The notes beneath the pieces are model-generated. The model was not told the origin of the DNA, made no database searches, and saw nothing but the letters and a program-made list of their open reading frames with translations. Of a DNA stretch of 64,000 nucleotides, positions 46,112 through 58,187 are shown in pieces (within the stretch, counting starts at the first letter, position 1; each line of letters starts with the position of its first letter). This DNA comes from an uncultured Nitrososphaerales archaeon (GTDB taxonomy: Archaea; Thermoproteota; Nitrososphaeria; Nitrososphaerales; Nitrososphaeraceae), in the NCBI GenBank assembly GCA_963709405.1, contig CAVPXM010000020.1:48362-112361 (forward strand). The letters are read 5' to 3'. Made by a program: the position numbers and the translations under genes.

Positions 46112-47182
46112 TAGTTGGTCTGGTCACGACTTTAGTCGGTTGAGAACCCTTTTAGAAAATGAAATCCACCAAATTCCAATAGAAACAAGTTTTGATGATG
46201 GCGAGCATCTACTGTGTATTGAGAGTGGGACAGTTAGTACATCGACATATCTCCAAATAATCCACTTATGAAAGCTGGTGGATGAATAGGCTGGCAAATC
46301 ACATGTGAACTTAAGTTCCCAACCAGGTTGTAATGTTACCGTTTTTGGAATAAGTCTTAACAGTAATTTGCAAGTTTTCAGAGTTTGGTACTCGGATCCA
46401 ACTAGATCTAAAGTAGTCATATTCGCAAGAATAAGCAATGATAGGAATTTCATGACAGCAAGGAGAATTGTATGTATCACACTAACAATATTAATACACT
46501 TACCTGTATGCGTATATATGTACACACATACTACGAACGACAAAGCATGAATGTATGACAAACAGTGAATCGACCAGTTAAGTAGAAGAACTTTTCCCAC
46601 TCACATCTGTTAACTAAATTGTTCATCTATTTCTACAAGTACTATTTTCGTAGCAGTACAATTGCACAGTATATCTAAATGATTTTTCTGTTTCAGTAAA
46701 ACAGAGAATTATACCCTCTCCCATAAGGGGCTCAAGCAGATATGAGGCCGTTAAAGCTAATGATATAATACTGGCAGATGTCAATGATCTCACAAAACAG
46801 TAATTTATTATCAGCAAGTGTTGAAATGTCATCCTGGGATAGGAAGAGTTACGAGATTGTTGCAGTATATAATAATTTATCAATATAAGGCATTTACCAA
46901 CTATTGTAACATATAAAAAAATTTTGGTAGACAGCATCGTTTCATCAATAGCGTATGTCGCATGAACATCAATTAATCAGTTAATGCCATCTCCTGAGTT
47001 AAAGGTTAAACGCTAGTCCATAGAAGCAGATGTATCAAGCAGCCGCATTGTTATGTTGCAAGTTAATAATATAATCTGTAGGATTATCTAAGATTATATT
47101 ATCATTACACAGATTACCAACCATCATGTTTACAAGTAGATGTAATTTTTTTTGTATTTATCGCTGCGAAACATTCAAAATT

Positions 47183-47764
47183 ATGTCATTGCTATATTTA
47201 GCAGTGACATTAGTTTGCTTATTGTCGATTAGTTCGAATACGTCTTACTCCACAACATCTGTATCAGCTATTTTTGGTGCATCCTCTTCAATAACTACTA
47301 ACAATAATTTCTTGACATATCATGACAATACCTTAGGAATAAAAATAGATTATCCTACTGGGTGGATACACGAATTACATGCCGGTGGTCTTGTTACCTT
47401 TCTCCCAAGTCTAGAAGGTAATACAAATACATATCCTGCAGGTCTTGGCATAACAGTTGAACATTTAAAATCAAAAAACATGGCACTTTCTGAAATAACA
47501 AAAATACAGATCAAAAACTTGACACAGAACCATCCCGATTTTAGGCCTCTAGAATCAACCGACTTTAGGTTAGCAGGCATTATGGCCTATAAGATAGTAT
47601 TTACTGCAACAGACAGTATGAAGCATGAACGAAAGGCGATGCAGATTTGGACCGTAAATGGAGATAAGGTATATCTTATTACATACAAAGCAGAGCCTGG
47701 GCAGTATTCTAAATATTTACCAACAATACAAAAAATGGTTGATTCATTTCAATTTACTAAATGA
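47183..47764 (+). CDS. PsbP/DUF1795-like exported protein
   Basis: FLTYHDNTLGIKIDYPTGW...KVYLITYKAEPGQYSKYLPTIQKMVDSF. Confidence 0.75.
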   Translation: MSLLYLAVTLVCLLSISSNTSYSTTSVSAIFGASSSITTNNNFLTYHDNTLGIKIDYPTGWIHELHAGGLVTFLPSLEGNTNTYPAGLGITVEHLKSKNMALSEITKIQIKNLTQNHPDFRPLESTDFRLAGIMAYKIVFTATDSMKHERKAMQIWTVNGDKVYLITYKAEPGQYSKYLPTIQKMVDSFQFTK

Positions 47765-47880
47765 AATAATACTTCTTCCGATATGGTATGCTGTTTCAGT
47801 TAACAGACGACAATTACTTCATAAGATGTTATCTTTTTGTGCACTCTTTAACAATGAGGATAAAAAATCATAGAGAGGCA

Positions 47881-48135
47881 ATGGCTCAAATAGCTAGATA
47901 TATACACTTTCAAGTCTGCCAGGCAGTTGGATGTTTTGCAAGAGCCACAGACACAATTAAAGTCGAAGCAGGAAACCAGAGAGTAATTTCCCTACTACTT
48001 TGCGGGGAGTGCGTCCCAAAAATTCTAGGCCACCCATATATGACCAATATCAAAAGTGCATCTTTTGTTTGTCTGGGAAGTCCTGCTAACTTAAAGCTAC
48101 TTCCACCTCATTGGATCAATAAATTTAGTACTTGA
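47881..48135 (+). CDS. Small Cys-rich (zinc-finger-like) protein, possibly decayed
   Basis: CQAVGC...LCGECVPK. Confidence 0.35.
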   Translation: MAQIARYIHFQVCQAVGCFARATDTIKVEAGNQRVISLLLCGECVPKILGHPYMTNIKSASFVCLGSPANLKLLPPHWINKFST

Positions 48136-48568
48136 TTTTATAACGCTATTGTGCATATATATTAACAGGATATTTTCCTCATGTATCTGCAGCTGTTCAA
48201 TTCTAAAAGGCAAAACAATTCAGTATATCTGTATACACTCAAAGCATAGCAACCCTCTATGTAGGGCGATGCCTACAGAGAACCTTGCACATCTTCCACA
48301 GTATGATGAGGAATAGTACAAAGAAATGATACCTCATGCTGCAGAAACAGTTCTATGATATTTTGGATTCGATATGATATCTTACAGCAATATCTAGTAG
48401 GTAAGAAGGAAATGGTTTGAAGAATTGAGAACAGAGGGTAAGAGATATAGAAACTGAGATGATTTAATGCTAATAGAAAAGGATTTTCTTGTGTATTTAC
48501 TCAATCCAGAACTATTATCTTTAAAGGTTCATCAAACGATATTGAAAAACAGATAGATCTGTGTATAT

Positions 48569-49325
48569 CTAGCCTGGGAAGACTTCATCGAAGCTGCGGA
48601 TAATGACTATATTTGTCCCTGGCGATTGGGAAGCTTTTAAATCACGATTGCAAAGAATAGCTTGCATTCCAGCCTCCAGTGCTGCTTTGACTTCCTTCAT
48701 AGTATCAGAGATAAATAGAACATTGCAAGGATTACAAGCCAATGATTCAGCGATTTTTCTGTAGCTCTCACTTTGTGGCTTTGCGCCGACCCTTGTATCA
48801 AAGAACGCAGCAATATAGGCTGTTAGGTCGCCGGAAGCGACAGTACGGAAAAGGAGCTGCTGTGCTAGAACGCTGCCAGAGGAATAGATACAAATTTGTC
48901 GTTTCTGCTCGCTCCAGCGCTTGAAGGCTGGAGGAACATCTCGATAAACTATTCCACGAAGCTCTCCCATGTTATACCCTTCTTCCCAGATCTTGCCCTG
49001 GAGAGATTTAAGAGCAGTATGCTTGATATCTTTGGAAATGAGCCACTGGCAGTATGCAACTGCTGAACGTAGCCTGCGACTCGCCATTATCGTCTATCCA
49101 AGGTGGTAGTTGCAATTTTTCTTCTTTGTCATTCTTATATTGTTTGTGTAATTGTTCAACCAGTGACATAATCTCCTTCTCTCTAAAGTGTCCACGTAGA
49201 AAGGATTCTATGTTGGCACTAGCATATGGAAACAACGTTTTATAGACAAAGTCGACAGGTGTAGTTGTGCCTTCTATGTCAACTAGAATGATATTTAGTT
49301 GAGTATCATATGCTGGAGATCGCAC
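48569..49325 (-). CDS. mtnC: Acireductone synthase / enolase-phosphatase E1 (HAD), frameshift near 49085
   Basis: DIEGTT, LFPYA, KHTALKSLQGKIWEEGY, IYSSGSVLAQ, FISD. Confidence 0.88.
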
Positions 49326-49328
49326 GCT

Positions 49329-49901
49329 CTATTTCGCTGCAGTGGTTTTTTGTGGAGGAATGTACCACGGACCCCAACAGACAGGTTCGTATTTTCTATC
49401 AATTCCACTATGTGTATAGTGTGGGGTCCAGCCAGACATATCTTGGAATAAACGTATTGCGCGAATTCTCCTATCGCCGCAAAGATCAAACCAGTGAAGT
49501 GTTCCGCGTGGTACTCGAATCAAGTCTCCTGCCTCCACTTCTATTGCCACAACAGAACCCTGCTGCGGATGAATGTGGAATAATCCTCTTCCATTGACAA
49601 TGTACCTGACCTCGTCTTCATCATGTCGGTGTTCAATATTGAACTTTGCTAGCATAGCATCAAGACCAGGGGTATCATGGTTAACATCTATCACATCTGC
49701 AGTCACATATCCGCCGCGCCTCTTAAGTTCATCAATCTGTTTCGCATAGACGTTAAGAATCTGTTCTACAGAAGCATCAGATGGAACGCCAGTTACGGGT
49801 TCCCAGTATTCATAATCAATACCAACTGCCGCGAGATAGTCTCGGACCTCATCATGTTCTTGCAACGATCGATTTTTATCTGGGATACGAACTATAGCCA
49901 T
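49329..49901 (-). CDS. mtnD: Acireductone dioxygenase (cupin)
   Basis: [36 protein letters not shown]. Confidence 0.92.
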   Translation of the reverse strand: MAIVRIPDKNRSLQEHDEVRDYLAAVGIDYEYWEPVTGVPSDASVEQILNVYAKQIDELKRRGGYVTADVIDVNHDTPGLDAMLAKFNIEHRHDEDEVRYIVNGRGLFHIHPQQGSVVAIEVEAGDLIRVPRGTLHWFDLCGDRRIRAIRLFQDMSGWTPHYTHSGIDRKYEPVCWGPWYIPPQKTTAAK

Positions 49902-49946
49902 AGCGATCTCCCCCTTCGACTACCCCTAGAACGATGATCTTCACCA

Positions 49947-50666
49947 TCATGGTGCGAGTACCTCGGCTGATCTAACCAGCACTTCCATAAGAAATTCCAA
50001 TATTTCAATATGGCGCTTGGCTTGATGCAAGTTTGCACCCCACGTATAAAGCCCATGTCCACGCAGTAGAAAACCATGAATGCCTGAAGAATCTCGCAGG
50101 GTTGTACACACCCTTTGTGATAGCTCAATCATATCTTTAGAATTCTCTAGAATCGGTAGCCATTCGCGGTGCTGGTATATTTGAACCCCTTCGAGTCCCT
50201 TCAACATTTCATATCCCTCAAGTGTGACACCACCATTGGAAGCATGCATACTGGAAAGTACTGTACTCCATACTGAGTGCGTATGTAAAACTGCTGCTGC
50301 ATTCATACAACGAACAATCACGATGTGCAGCAATGCTTCAGCTGACGGACATCCTTCACCTCTGACAACATTGCTATTGTCATCGATCTCCAGAAATTGT
50401 GCAGGTGTCAGGCTGCTCTTGTCTAGTCCAGTAGACGATATGACTAAGCGCAATGGCTCCGGCGAAGTTACAGCACTAAAATTTCCACTTGTGCCCAAAA
50501 CCCAGCCACGCGAATAGAAGTTTCTACCTGTTTTAGCTAAATCAGCCGCGAGTTTTGAGAAATTAGCATTATCTGACGCAGCATTTTGTAAAGCCTTCTG
50601 ATATAGGCGTTCTTTGCCTCCGTTCTTGTTGTTCATCGCGATCACTCCTCTGGAGGTATTATGCAT
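49947..50666 (-). CDS. mtnB: Methylthioribulose-1-phosphate dehydratase
   Basis: RGWVLGTSGNFS, PSAEALLH, HTHS, GYEMLKGL, GHGLYTWG. Confidence 0.92.
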   Translation of the reverse strand: MHNTSRGVIAMNNKNGGKERLYQKALQNAASDNANFSKLAADLAKTGRNFYSRGWVLGTSGNFSAVTSPEPLRLVISSTGLDKSSLTPAQFLEIDDNSNVVRGEGCPSAEALLHIVIVRCMNAAAVLHTHSVWSTVLSSMHASNGGVTLEGYEMLKGLEGVQIYQHREWLPILENSKDMIELSQRVCTTLRDSSGIHGFLLRGHGLYTWGANLHQAKRHIEILEFLMEVLVRSAEVLAP

Positions 50667-51164
50667 ATCTCAATGTTCTACACTCCGTATCATATATGTG
50701 ATATCGCTTAAGATTCATGAGTATTCTGAGTATTCTGCTGCTGTATCAGTCGTTGATGTAATGTGTTCGTGTACATATGATTATACATACATACAAAGAA
50801 CTGTTTGATTGATATGCTGTGCTCAATTATTTTTCTTACTTTTCAAATTTGCTCCTTATTATCCATGCATGTTTTATTTTGATAGCTTAATAGTTGTTAA
50901 TGGCATCCCCGCAAATGATGAGTTAGAGTATTTCGACACAGTATCCTTAAGGAAAGGAATAATCAGTGTGTCATTTTGGAAGCATTTCTTTGAGATATCG
51001 TGATTTAAAGGACTTGGACGATTGGTAAATCCTAGACAATATCTCTAAGCAAAAATGAGGAATATGTAGAATGAGTTAACCAGAGAATATTTGTTCACTT
51101 ATGCAATGAATATGTTAGCTAGGTGTTGTACTTACAGACATAGCTGACATTATATCCTACAGAC

Positions 51165-51482
51165 ATGGGTTACACTTCTGCTGTCAGGGAGTGTATCCAT
51201 ATAGAAATCAAAACAAGGTTTAATCTAATACATGAAAAAGAAAGGACTGGTGATACCATATGTAGTATTTGTAAGAGATATGGTGTATCCAGAAAGACTT
51301 ACTACAAGTGGAATAATAGATACAAACGGAAAGGAATTGAAGATCTATTAGACGTCTCTAAAAGACCTCATAATATCAAGTATAAGAAGATAACACCAGA
51401 ACTAGAAGAGACAATACTTCATCTACGTTTAACCAAAAGATCACTATCAAATCACTTCCAATCGCGATGTACATGTTCATAA
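51165..51482 (+). mobile_element. Transposase N-terminal HTH remnant (IS481/IS3-like)
   Basis: ICKRYGVSRKTYYKWNNRYKRKGIEDLLDVSKRPH; truncated. Confidence 0.65.
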
Positions 51483-51649
51483 TTTGTGTGTCTATTAACG
51501 TCGTACCGATATCGCTAGCATATTGTTTTGGTACTGCTCAGATATTTGGATCTTCGACTCACCTAGGCTGTCGTCTTAAGGTAGGCTGCGCCTGCATTTA
51601 ATCTAGATCTCATATCTGAAGAAATATGTATTCAATGTTCTCATATGCC

Positions 51650-51711
51650 ATTTGACGCATTTGACAAGACTATTTGACGGCGTATTTGACCGATTTGACT
51701 GCTTATCTGAC
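51650..51711 (+). repeat. Six ATTTGAC heptamers upstream of the HTH-coiled-coil gene promoter
   Basis: Copies at 51650, 51659, 51672, 51684, 51693, 51705 (last ATCTGAC); TATA-like TTATATA at ~51732. Confidence 0.8.
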
Positions 51712-51771
51712 TCGTCTAAATAAAAGACATCTTATATATTGTTAATGTATTTTATGTAGCAGACATTAATT

Positions 51772-53112
51772 ATGCCAGCAGCTATTCCTGAAATAATAAA
51801 ATCGAAAGTCATAAGTCAGTGGCTTCAAGGCCTCAGCAGAGACATAATAGCACAGGACAATAACATCAGCGCAGGAGCAATTAGCAACATTACTAACGAT
51901 TGGAGTATTGCTCTTGGAAAACCTGAAGCGGATGCATTCCGAGAGTTAGCAAAATCACTCAATATTGCTGGTCTTACTCCAGCTCAATGTGCCATTGGCT
52001 TTCGAACTATGAAATTGCTAAGCGAGCAGAGCATAGATGCAGATGCGGCTGCACAATTTATCGGAGATACTTACAAAAAATGTAAAGAACTTGAAATTAC
52101 ACCAAGTAAATTCGCCACGTCTATAAAAGAACTTGTCAAGGTTTCAGATGATCACCACATCCCACTACCTAAGATTGAAGAGTACATAGACGAAAAGATA
52201 GCCAAAAAGAAGGACTTGGAGAACGAACTTGAAGATTTAAAGAATGAGATATCAACTCTCAAGAATCAAAAGTCAGAAATCGAAAATGCCCGGGACTTGG
52301 CCTTGCAGCAAAAGCAAATGGCAGATGTAGAGATCAAGTCATATACTGACGCAAAGCAAGTATTGGATAGACATAATATATCTATCAACGAAGATCTTCC
52401 CAAATTTGCCAACGCTATTGATCGCATTGAAGAATATGGATACGATCTCAAGAGGCTAATTGCAGAACTTAATTATATCCAGCATTTAGATGGCAAAAAA
52501 CGAGCGCTAGAGATAACCACAAAAGAATTGGAAGAGCGTATTGCGAACCTTCGTCAGCAAGAATCTTTGTTGCAAGACAAGATCTGTTTACATTCGGAAA
52601 ATCTACCTGTGTACAACCAACTTGCAGATATGGGATTCAGTTCAAGCCAGCTGAAAACGTTGCTTGATAAGATCATAAATATTGCAATCTCAAATGGCAT
52701 AAACCATTGGTTAGCAGTAAATAAATTCATTGAAGACGTAGAGACTCAGTATGATACTAAACTAGGATTTGAACCCCAGATAGAAGATCTTAAATCAGAA
52801 ATTCAGGAGCTCGGAAAGGAACGAGAAAAGGAATTGCAGAGAGTAAAAGTCCAGCCCTATGTAGGACCAGTCATCACTGGACTATTACAACGAGGATTAA
52901 CTGAACCTGATATCTTGAAGGTTGCAGAGAGATGTCATAATGAAATATCAAATCGAACTTCCTATGTAGAAGTTCTGAGAAAAGGGATCATAAATTTTCT
53001 ACAGAATATCATGATGATTTGTGTGGAGAATGCGAGTCTGTATGCACATAGTAAAAAAACAACTAGTAATGATAAATTAACTGAGACTCAGCAAGATATA
53101 GCATCATTGTGA
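51772..53112 (+). CDS. HTH-coiled-coil protein (second subfamily, 446 aa)
   Basis: KSKVISQWLQGLSRDIIAQDNNISAGAISNI HTH; extended heptad-rich segments. Confidence 0.8.
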   Translation: MPAAIPEIIKSKVISQWLQGLSRDIIAQDNNISAGAISNITNDWSIALGKPEADAFRELAKSLNIAGLTPAQCAIGFRTMKLLSEQSIDADAAAQFIGDTYKKCKELEITPSKFATSIKELVKVSDDHHIPLPKIEEYIDEKIAKKKDLENELEDLKNEISTLKNQKSEIENARDLALQQKQMADVEIKSYTDAKQVLDRHNISINEDLPKFANAIDRIEEYGYDLKRLIAELNYIQHLDGKKRALEITTKELEERIANLRQQESLLQDKICLHSENLPVYNQLADMGFSSSQLKTLLDKIINIAISNGINHWLAVNKFIEDVETQYDTKLGFEPQIEDLKSEIQELGKEREKELQRVKVQPYVGPVITGLLQRGLTEPDILKVAERCHNEISNRTSYVEVLRKGIINFLQNIMMICVENASLYAHSKKTTSNDKLTETQQDIASL

Positions 53113-53587
53113 GAATTAGATGGATGGACTGACTAAATAAAATTGTAAGTATTATTACTAATAGTATCAAAATATAAATCTCCATAGGCAATCGAATCAT
53201 TGGTTCGAATCCCAAAAACAAAATAACAAGAAAGTCAGTTATGAATCAATATCCTCTATCAACTTTGCAACAAAGATGTAGCAGAGTCGAACACATGAAA
53301 TGACTCCAGGATAAATTTTGAAATGATACCTATATTCTTGACAAGAAAAAGTGAAATTCTGGACTAAGAGATGGTATTGAAACTTAACCTGCTAGTAATA
53401 ATATTTTCGAAACTCGTATAGCAAACACAAGACAAAGATATAAGAATATTGTGGATCATGCTGTGCATCATCACAACTATAATTCAAATGCGAAGACATG
53501 TGCAAGAAAATTTAGTGAAGGCACGGTGGAAGGATAAGATCGTTATTTAAGATGCATGGGCCATTAGATTGACATAATACTCCATTG

Positions 53588-53782
53588 CTCAGTCTTGAAA
53601 CAGCATTAGATAATCTGAAAAATGGAGGTGGGCAGAGTTCTTCTATAGGAGATTGTGCTCCAAGTGAGCTATGCCGTATTTTCGACGATAGAAATTGGAG
53701 CAATCATGACAGAAAACTATTGATGTTATTTTCTTATTTTATTTATTAGTGAAACATGATTTTTTAATGCAAATGTACTTTG
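53588..53782 (+). repeat. 195-bp direct repeat, copy 2
   Basis: Matches 41122-41316. Confidence 0.9.
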
Positions 53783-54537
53783 TATAAAGAAATGCAGAAT
53801 AAGTCGTATGGAACCTTAATTATTACATCTATCTAAATAAGAGTGATAATGACGACAAATTGCTTTGAATTGGAGGTAACGATGTAATTTTTGATACAAG
53901 ATCCATTGACAAAATATAGGTCAAAAATAATTCTCGTATTTATTGTGTGGACGTTGGTAACATTAATACCAACTGTTGCCTTTTTTATCGGTAATAACAG
54001 GGTTAAAGACTCCTCTGTAAATCATAATTAGAAGACTTTTCTGTAATATTTCTAACACAATATTTTTCTACTTCTTATAAATGATCGGTTGCTAATTGTT
54101 GCTTTAACGATAAGTCTGGAGAGGTTAAAGACGGAAAACTCTTATTTGTATAATATATTATCCTGAAAGGAACTTACACGTCTTGTAGCCAAATACCTAG
54201 CCAAGATACTTTTCTATGAGGATTGTCATGCAACCTCTGAAGCTACCCTTGCTGCAGAAACTCCATTTTTAACGTGTTTCTTGATCTCTATAACTCCTCC
54301 TAGCCCAGGGACGAATTCTGCTAAACTTTCAAGTATAGTATCTATCTCTTCAAAAAGAACCTCTGCACATTTTTGGGCTAGTTTAATTGGTTTCTTTTTG
54401 ATTTTATCAACTAACCAAGCTCCCAGTTTACTGCAATAACATCAATATAATTGAAAAGCAGCTTATCATTGCTTTCTTTGGATAACAACTCACATATAAT
54501 AAAGATAAAGCCGTCACAGCTAATTCAACTGTCACTG

Positions 54538-54807
54538 TCACCAATACGCACTTTCTGACTCAATATCAGAATCAGTGGTGCCTCTTTTAAATGAAATATA
54601 TTCATTAATCCCCTCTAAACCTCTAAAGATTCCTTCAACTGCAAAAACTGAGGGAGCTGTGGTAGTAGGTAGCTCACCGCAACAGCTTTCTTCAAATTTC
54701 TTAATATTATATTCTACATAATCAATCTCTAATCTTTTGAAAAGACCAACGGCCTTTATAGAATCATCTGACTCATCTAAAAGTAGAATTGGTTTGCGCT
54801 TAACCAT
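54538..54807 (-). CDS. Small glutaredoxin-fold-like protein with CC motif
   Basis: IDYVEYNI...ESCCGELPTTTAPSVF...FRGLEGI. Confidence 0.55.
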   Translation of the reverse strand: MVKRKPILLLDESDDSIKAVGLFKRLEIDYVEYNIKKFEESCCGELPTTTAPSVFAVEGIFRGLEGINEYISFKRGTTDSDIESESAYW

Positions 54808-55465
54808 AGAAATTTAAAACAAGACGGCAAGATAAAATTGTATCACTTATGTGTAAGTTTATCTTACCATATAGTTAAGAAGACTGCAAAAAAAGATTTT
54901 AGGCAATAAAAACAATGAAAAGCTAACTCCTAGTCTAACGATTTGAAGGCTACCGCATGTGTTAAGATGTGAGTGTTTAATGCATATTGAATTGATGATA
55001 TCTATAGATAGTAGCAATCAATTGATGTGAATTAAAGTATTTAATTCTGTTAATATCCATTAAGTTTTAACACACCGGACAATGTCGATTTTTGACACGT
55101 CCAGTATAATTATATCATAAAAAAGTGTATCCATAACGATATGCAGCATACCAGATTTTAAACACTCTTAGAAATGAGGCATTAGATGTATAGACTGACG
55201 CTTCGATATACATAGACATTGATGACAGAACATCATGTGCATATTAGGCAGGGACGCGCGTCGGACACCCAATTCTATAAATAAGAATTATTTGATAGAA
55301 TAATAACGTAGTTCATTTCTGAAATATGGACGCTTCGTCAATTGCAAATCACGGTGAGGTTATATTTACGAATTACAGAATACTGACCATCATATTCTCT
55401 CAATGGCTGCAGTTTAGGTGAAATCAAAAAATGTATATTATAAACATTTAAACAAAGAAAATGGA

Positions 55466-56488
55466 AGCTCTGTTGCATGAATCATTTTATCATTCGTACA
55501 TTATCTATATCTCTACATCCCGATAGCAAACATGTTATACAGTGATGCTTTTAGCAACATCTCTTTGGCCATATTCTGAAACTTTCTTGCAGTTACATAC
55601 TCGCCAAACGTTCTTTTGATAGACGAGAATACCGTTTCTGCCATCCACCTTTGTCCATAGCTCACGCTATGTTTCCATCTTTTGAGATTTGTTTGTTGTC
55701 TCATTACAGACCTATTCCTTGCTTGACAGTTGCCTGTCTTGACCTTGGAATTACTTCTTGTCTTTATACCAGGTTTAATATGGTTCTTGGATAGATATCT
55801 AAAATTCTTATTACTGTCATACATACCATCTGCTAACGCACCCTTTACATTGTTATTTGCAGAAGCATTATCAATCAACTTCTTTAGCATCTTGCCATCG
55901 TGTACTTCTTCACTAGTAACCTCCAAAGAAATAATCTTCTTATTCTTGATGTTTACTGCTACATGTATTTTCAGATAACCTCTTCTTACGTGCCATTTAT
56001 GTCGTATCCATTCACCTCTATTGGCAACTTTGATTCCTGTACTATCTAATGCTATAATGATGTCGTCATCATTACCTACTTCATGTCGTTCGCTGATTCT
56101 GATATCCTGGTTATTAATACGTCTGTTAATTGTACCTGTAGTTTGGAATGGATGGTATCTTCTTATTACCAGCATGAGCTATGACTACGCCTTCTGCTTG
56201 GCGGTATGGCAGATGAAAATATACCCTCATGTAACCTAGTAATTGGATAAACGAATCTGGATAGTGGTACTGTCCACCCCTCTTTCCATCATTCATTAAG
56301 TCCAACTCACTATACCAACTATCTAATTATGACATCAAAATCTAGAATAACTTCACCTCGCCTAACTAGCGATTTGTTATAAAAAGACCAGTTAATCATG
56401 TCCAACAATAATCTCATTACATGTTAGCTAAATCTCAATTGGTCAACAAACTCATACCTATATGATAATGATTTTGTGCAACAAAGCA
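55466..56488 (-). mobile_element. IS5-family element, frameshifted transposase (55513-56399)
   Basis: IRs GCTCTGTTGCA/GCTTTGTTGCA; TSD AAAATGGA (55458-65, 56489-96); YNKSLVRRGE, IALDSTG, ADGMYDS, RWMAETVFS. Confidence 0.88.
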
Positions 56489-56511
56489 AAAATGGACACA
56501 AAAAAATTATT

Positions 56512-57062
56512 GTTTGTGGAGGAACTATTGTGGTTGAACTGGGCGGAATGAATTCCAAGCCTTTGCGGCGCTGGTGTTAAATTCTGTCACAGACTCAATT
56601 GTTCGATTAAGGGTTCTGAAGTTTTTCTGCTGCTGCATTTATTGCGTTGACTGTTAGCTGGTTGTTGATACTAACTGCTTTGACTATGTTCTCGGTGATC
56701 TCGTTTGATTGCTTTACAAATTCATCAGTGTATGGTGGTGTTACTACTGGAACGTTCTTGTTATTCGCTAACAACTTTTGAGCTGAAACCATATTCCGGA
56801 TAGTATCCCATGCTGCGGCAATGCAATCAAGCTGTAGATTAGAGACCGATTGTGCATATTGTGGTTGAGCTTTTTCAAACTCGTCTACTATTCTAATGCA
56901 GTTTTGTCTTACTGTGTCATAAAAGCTAGCTGCTTCAGTTGACCTAGTTGAAGTGGTTATGTCGTCTTTAGATTTAATATTATCTACCATTTTTATGTCA
57001 TCTATAATACTATTAGCGTCCAGCTCATATATAGGTTGGTATTTAATGGGTCTAAATTCCAT
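56512..57062 (-). CDS. Alpha-helical thaumarchaeal hypothetical protein (phasin-like composition), frameshift near 56615
   Basis: QPQYAQSVSNLQLD...NNQLTVNAINAA; continues RTIESVTEFNTSAAKAWNS. Confidence 0.5.
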
Positions 57063-58016
57063 ATAAAACCATATAATGTCAGAATTTACTGGTGTGATGA
57101 TAAGAATTTATATGTATGACTATCTGGAGGAGCATGTCAAATCACCAGTTCGATAGATAAGAATTTGGTAGATAAGAGAGAACTGAACGCGCATAACGTA
57201 TGGGTGTTCCAGTAAAACGAATTGATAGAACAAGCGTATTTATCGTTTCTTGTGTGTGATCTGCGGGATAATTGGAATAAGATGCTATATAAAGACGAAT
57301 ATGAATGGCACGTTTAAAGCAACTGATGAAACTGAGCTATGGGTAGTAAGACAAGACGGCTTGAAAAGAGGTTTCAGATTTAAGGATCGTTCTCGAATTC
57401 AAATAGGCATGATGATGGTAATTTTTGCTCATCAAGATATAATTGAAGAAATTGCGATAGATGATGATTAAAGAACGGGTAAAGCATCACTTTCAAAATT
57501 GAAATTTGATTAAATATGATTGATGTCCTTGATTTGGGGAATAATGAATTATCTCGACTGAATCTCGCTCGATCGATCAGGTTTGTGATTTTTGAAATAT
57601 TCTGAATTGTTGGTAATAGCATCTCTGATCATTATTATTCAGAGACATAATATACTCCAGTTGTTTCAAGCCATGTTGGCAGATGGGATTAGTTCATCCA
57701 TTACGTTTTTAGAAGTAAAAAGCATCTCATTTCAAAAAATCCGATAGAGTAGTTCGCTCTGTACTACTGGACGATGATCTGTTCAATTCTTCTTCTGTCT
57801 GTGATACTTAAACATCATTCCATATTATTTCTGACAAATCCAACATTTTCCTGAGAGTGTTAGCAGTTCCGGGATCAAAACCAGCATAATGATTCAAACT
57901 AGGTTGCAATATCATCCCCAGTGAATATAGGACAACGCTGGAGCGTATATATTCTATAGATATAAAAAGGTCGAACTTAAATATATAGCATAAGGATCTA
58001 TTTTAATCGTAATATA

Positions 58017-58187
58017 ATGGACAAGAATAAATCTTCACAATTAATTCCCGATGAGATCAACACTCATTTACAGATATTTGGTAAGGAGTCATGGGAAATG
58101 AACTATGATCTGTTTGGATATTGCCAATTCTGTAATTCGAGGATAGACGAATTAGGTTATTGTGCGTGCGGTGGATCTGCTGATTAA
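58017..58187 (+). CDS. 56-aa zinc-finger-like microprotein
   Basis: Manual ORF ending YCQFCNSRIDELGYCACGGSAD; TATA-like TTAAATA/ATATATA upstream. Confidence 0.7.
   Translation: MDKNKSSQLIPDEINTHLQIFGKESWEMNYDLFGYCQFCNSRIDELGYCACGGSAD

Noticed and set aside
46124-46937. Several 80-160 aa ORFs downstream of the deleted IS630
   Set aside because: No motifs, atypical composition and conflicting overlaps; cannot be supported as genes
51650-51711. Repeat arrays here and at 25811/26130/33104 as possible CRISPR
   Set aside because: Units are 6-7 bp with 2-6 bp gaps, far too short; no cas genes
53198-53216. GGTTCGAATCCC, resembling a tRNA T-loop or att site
   Set aside because: The T-stem pairs poorly and no acceptor, D or anticodon arm is present
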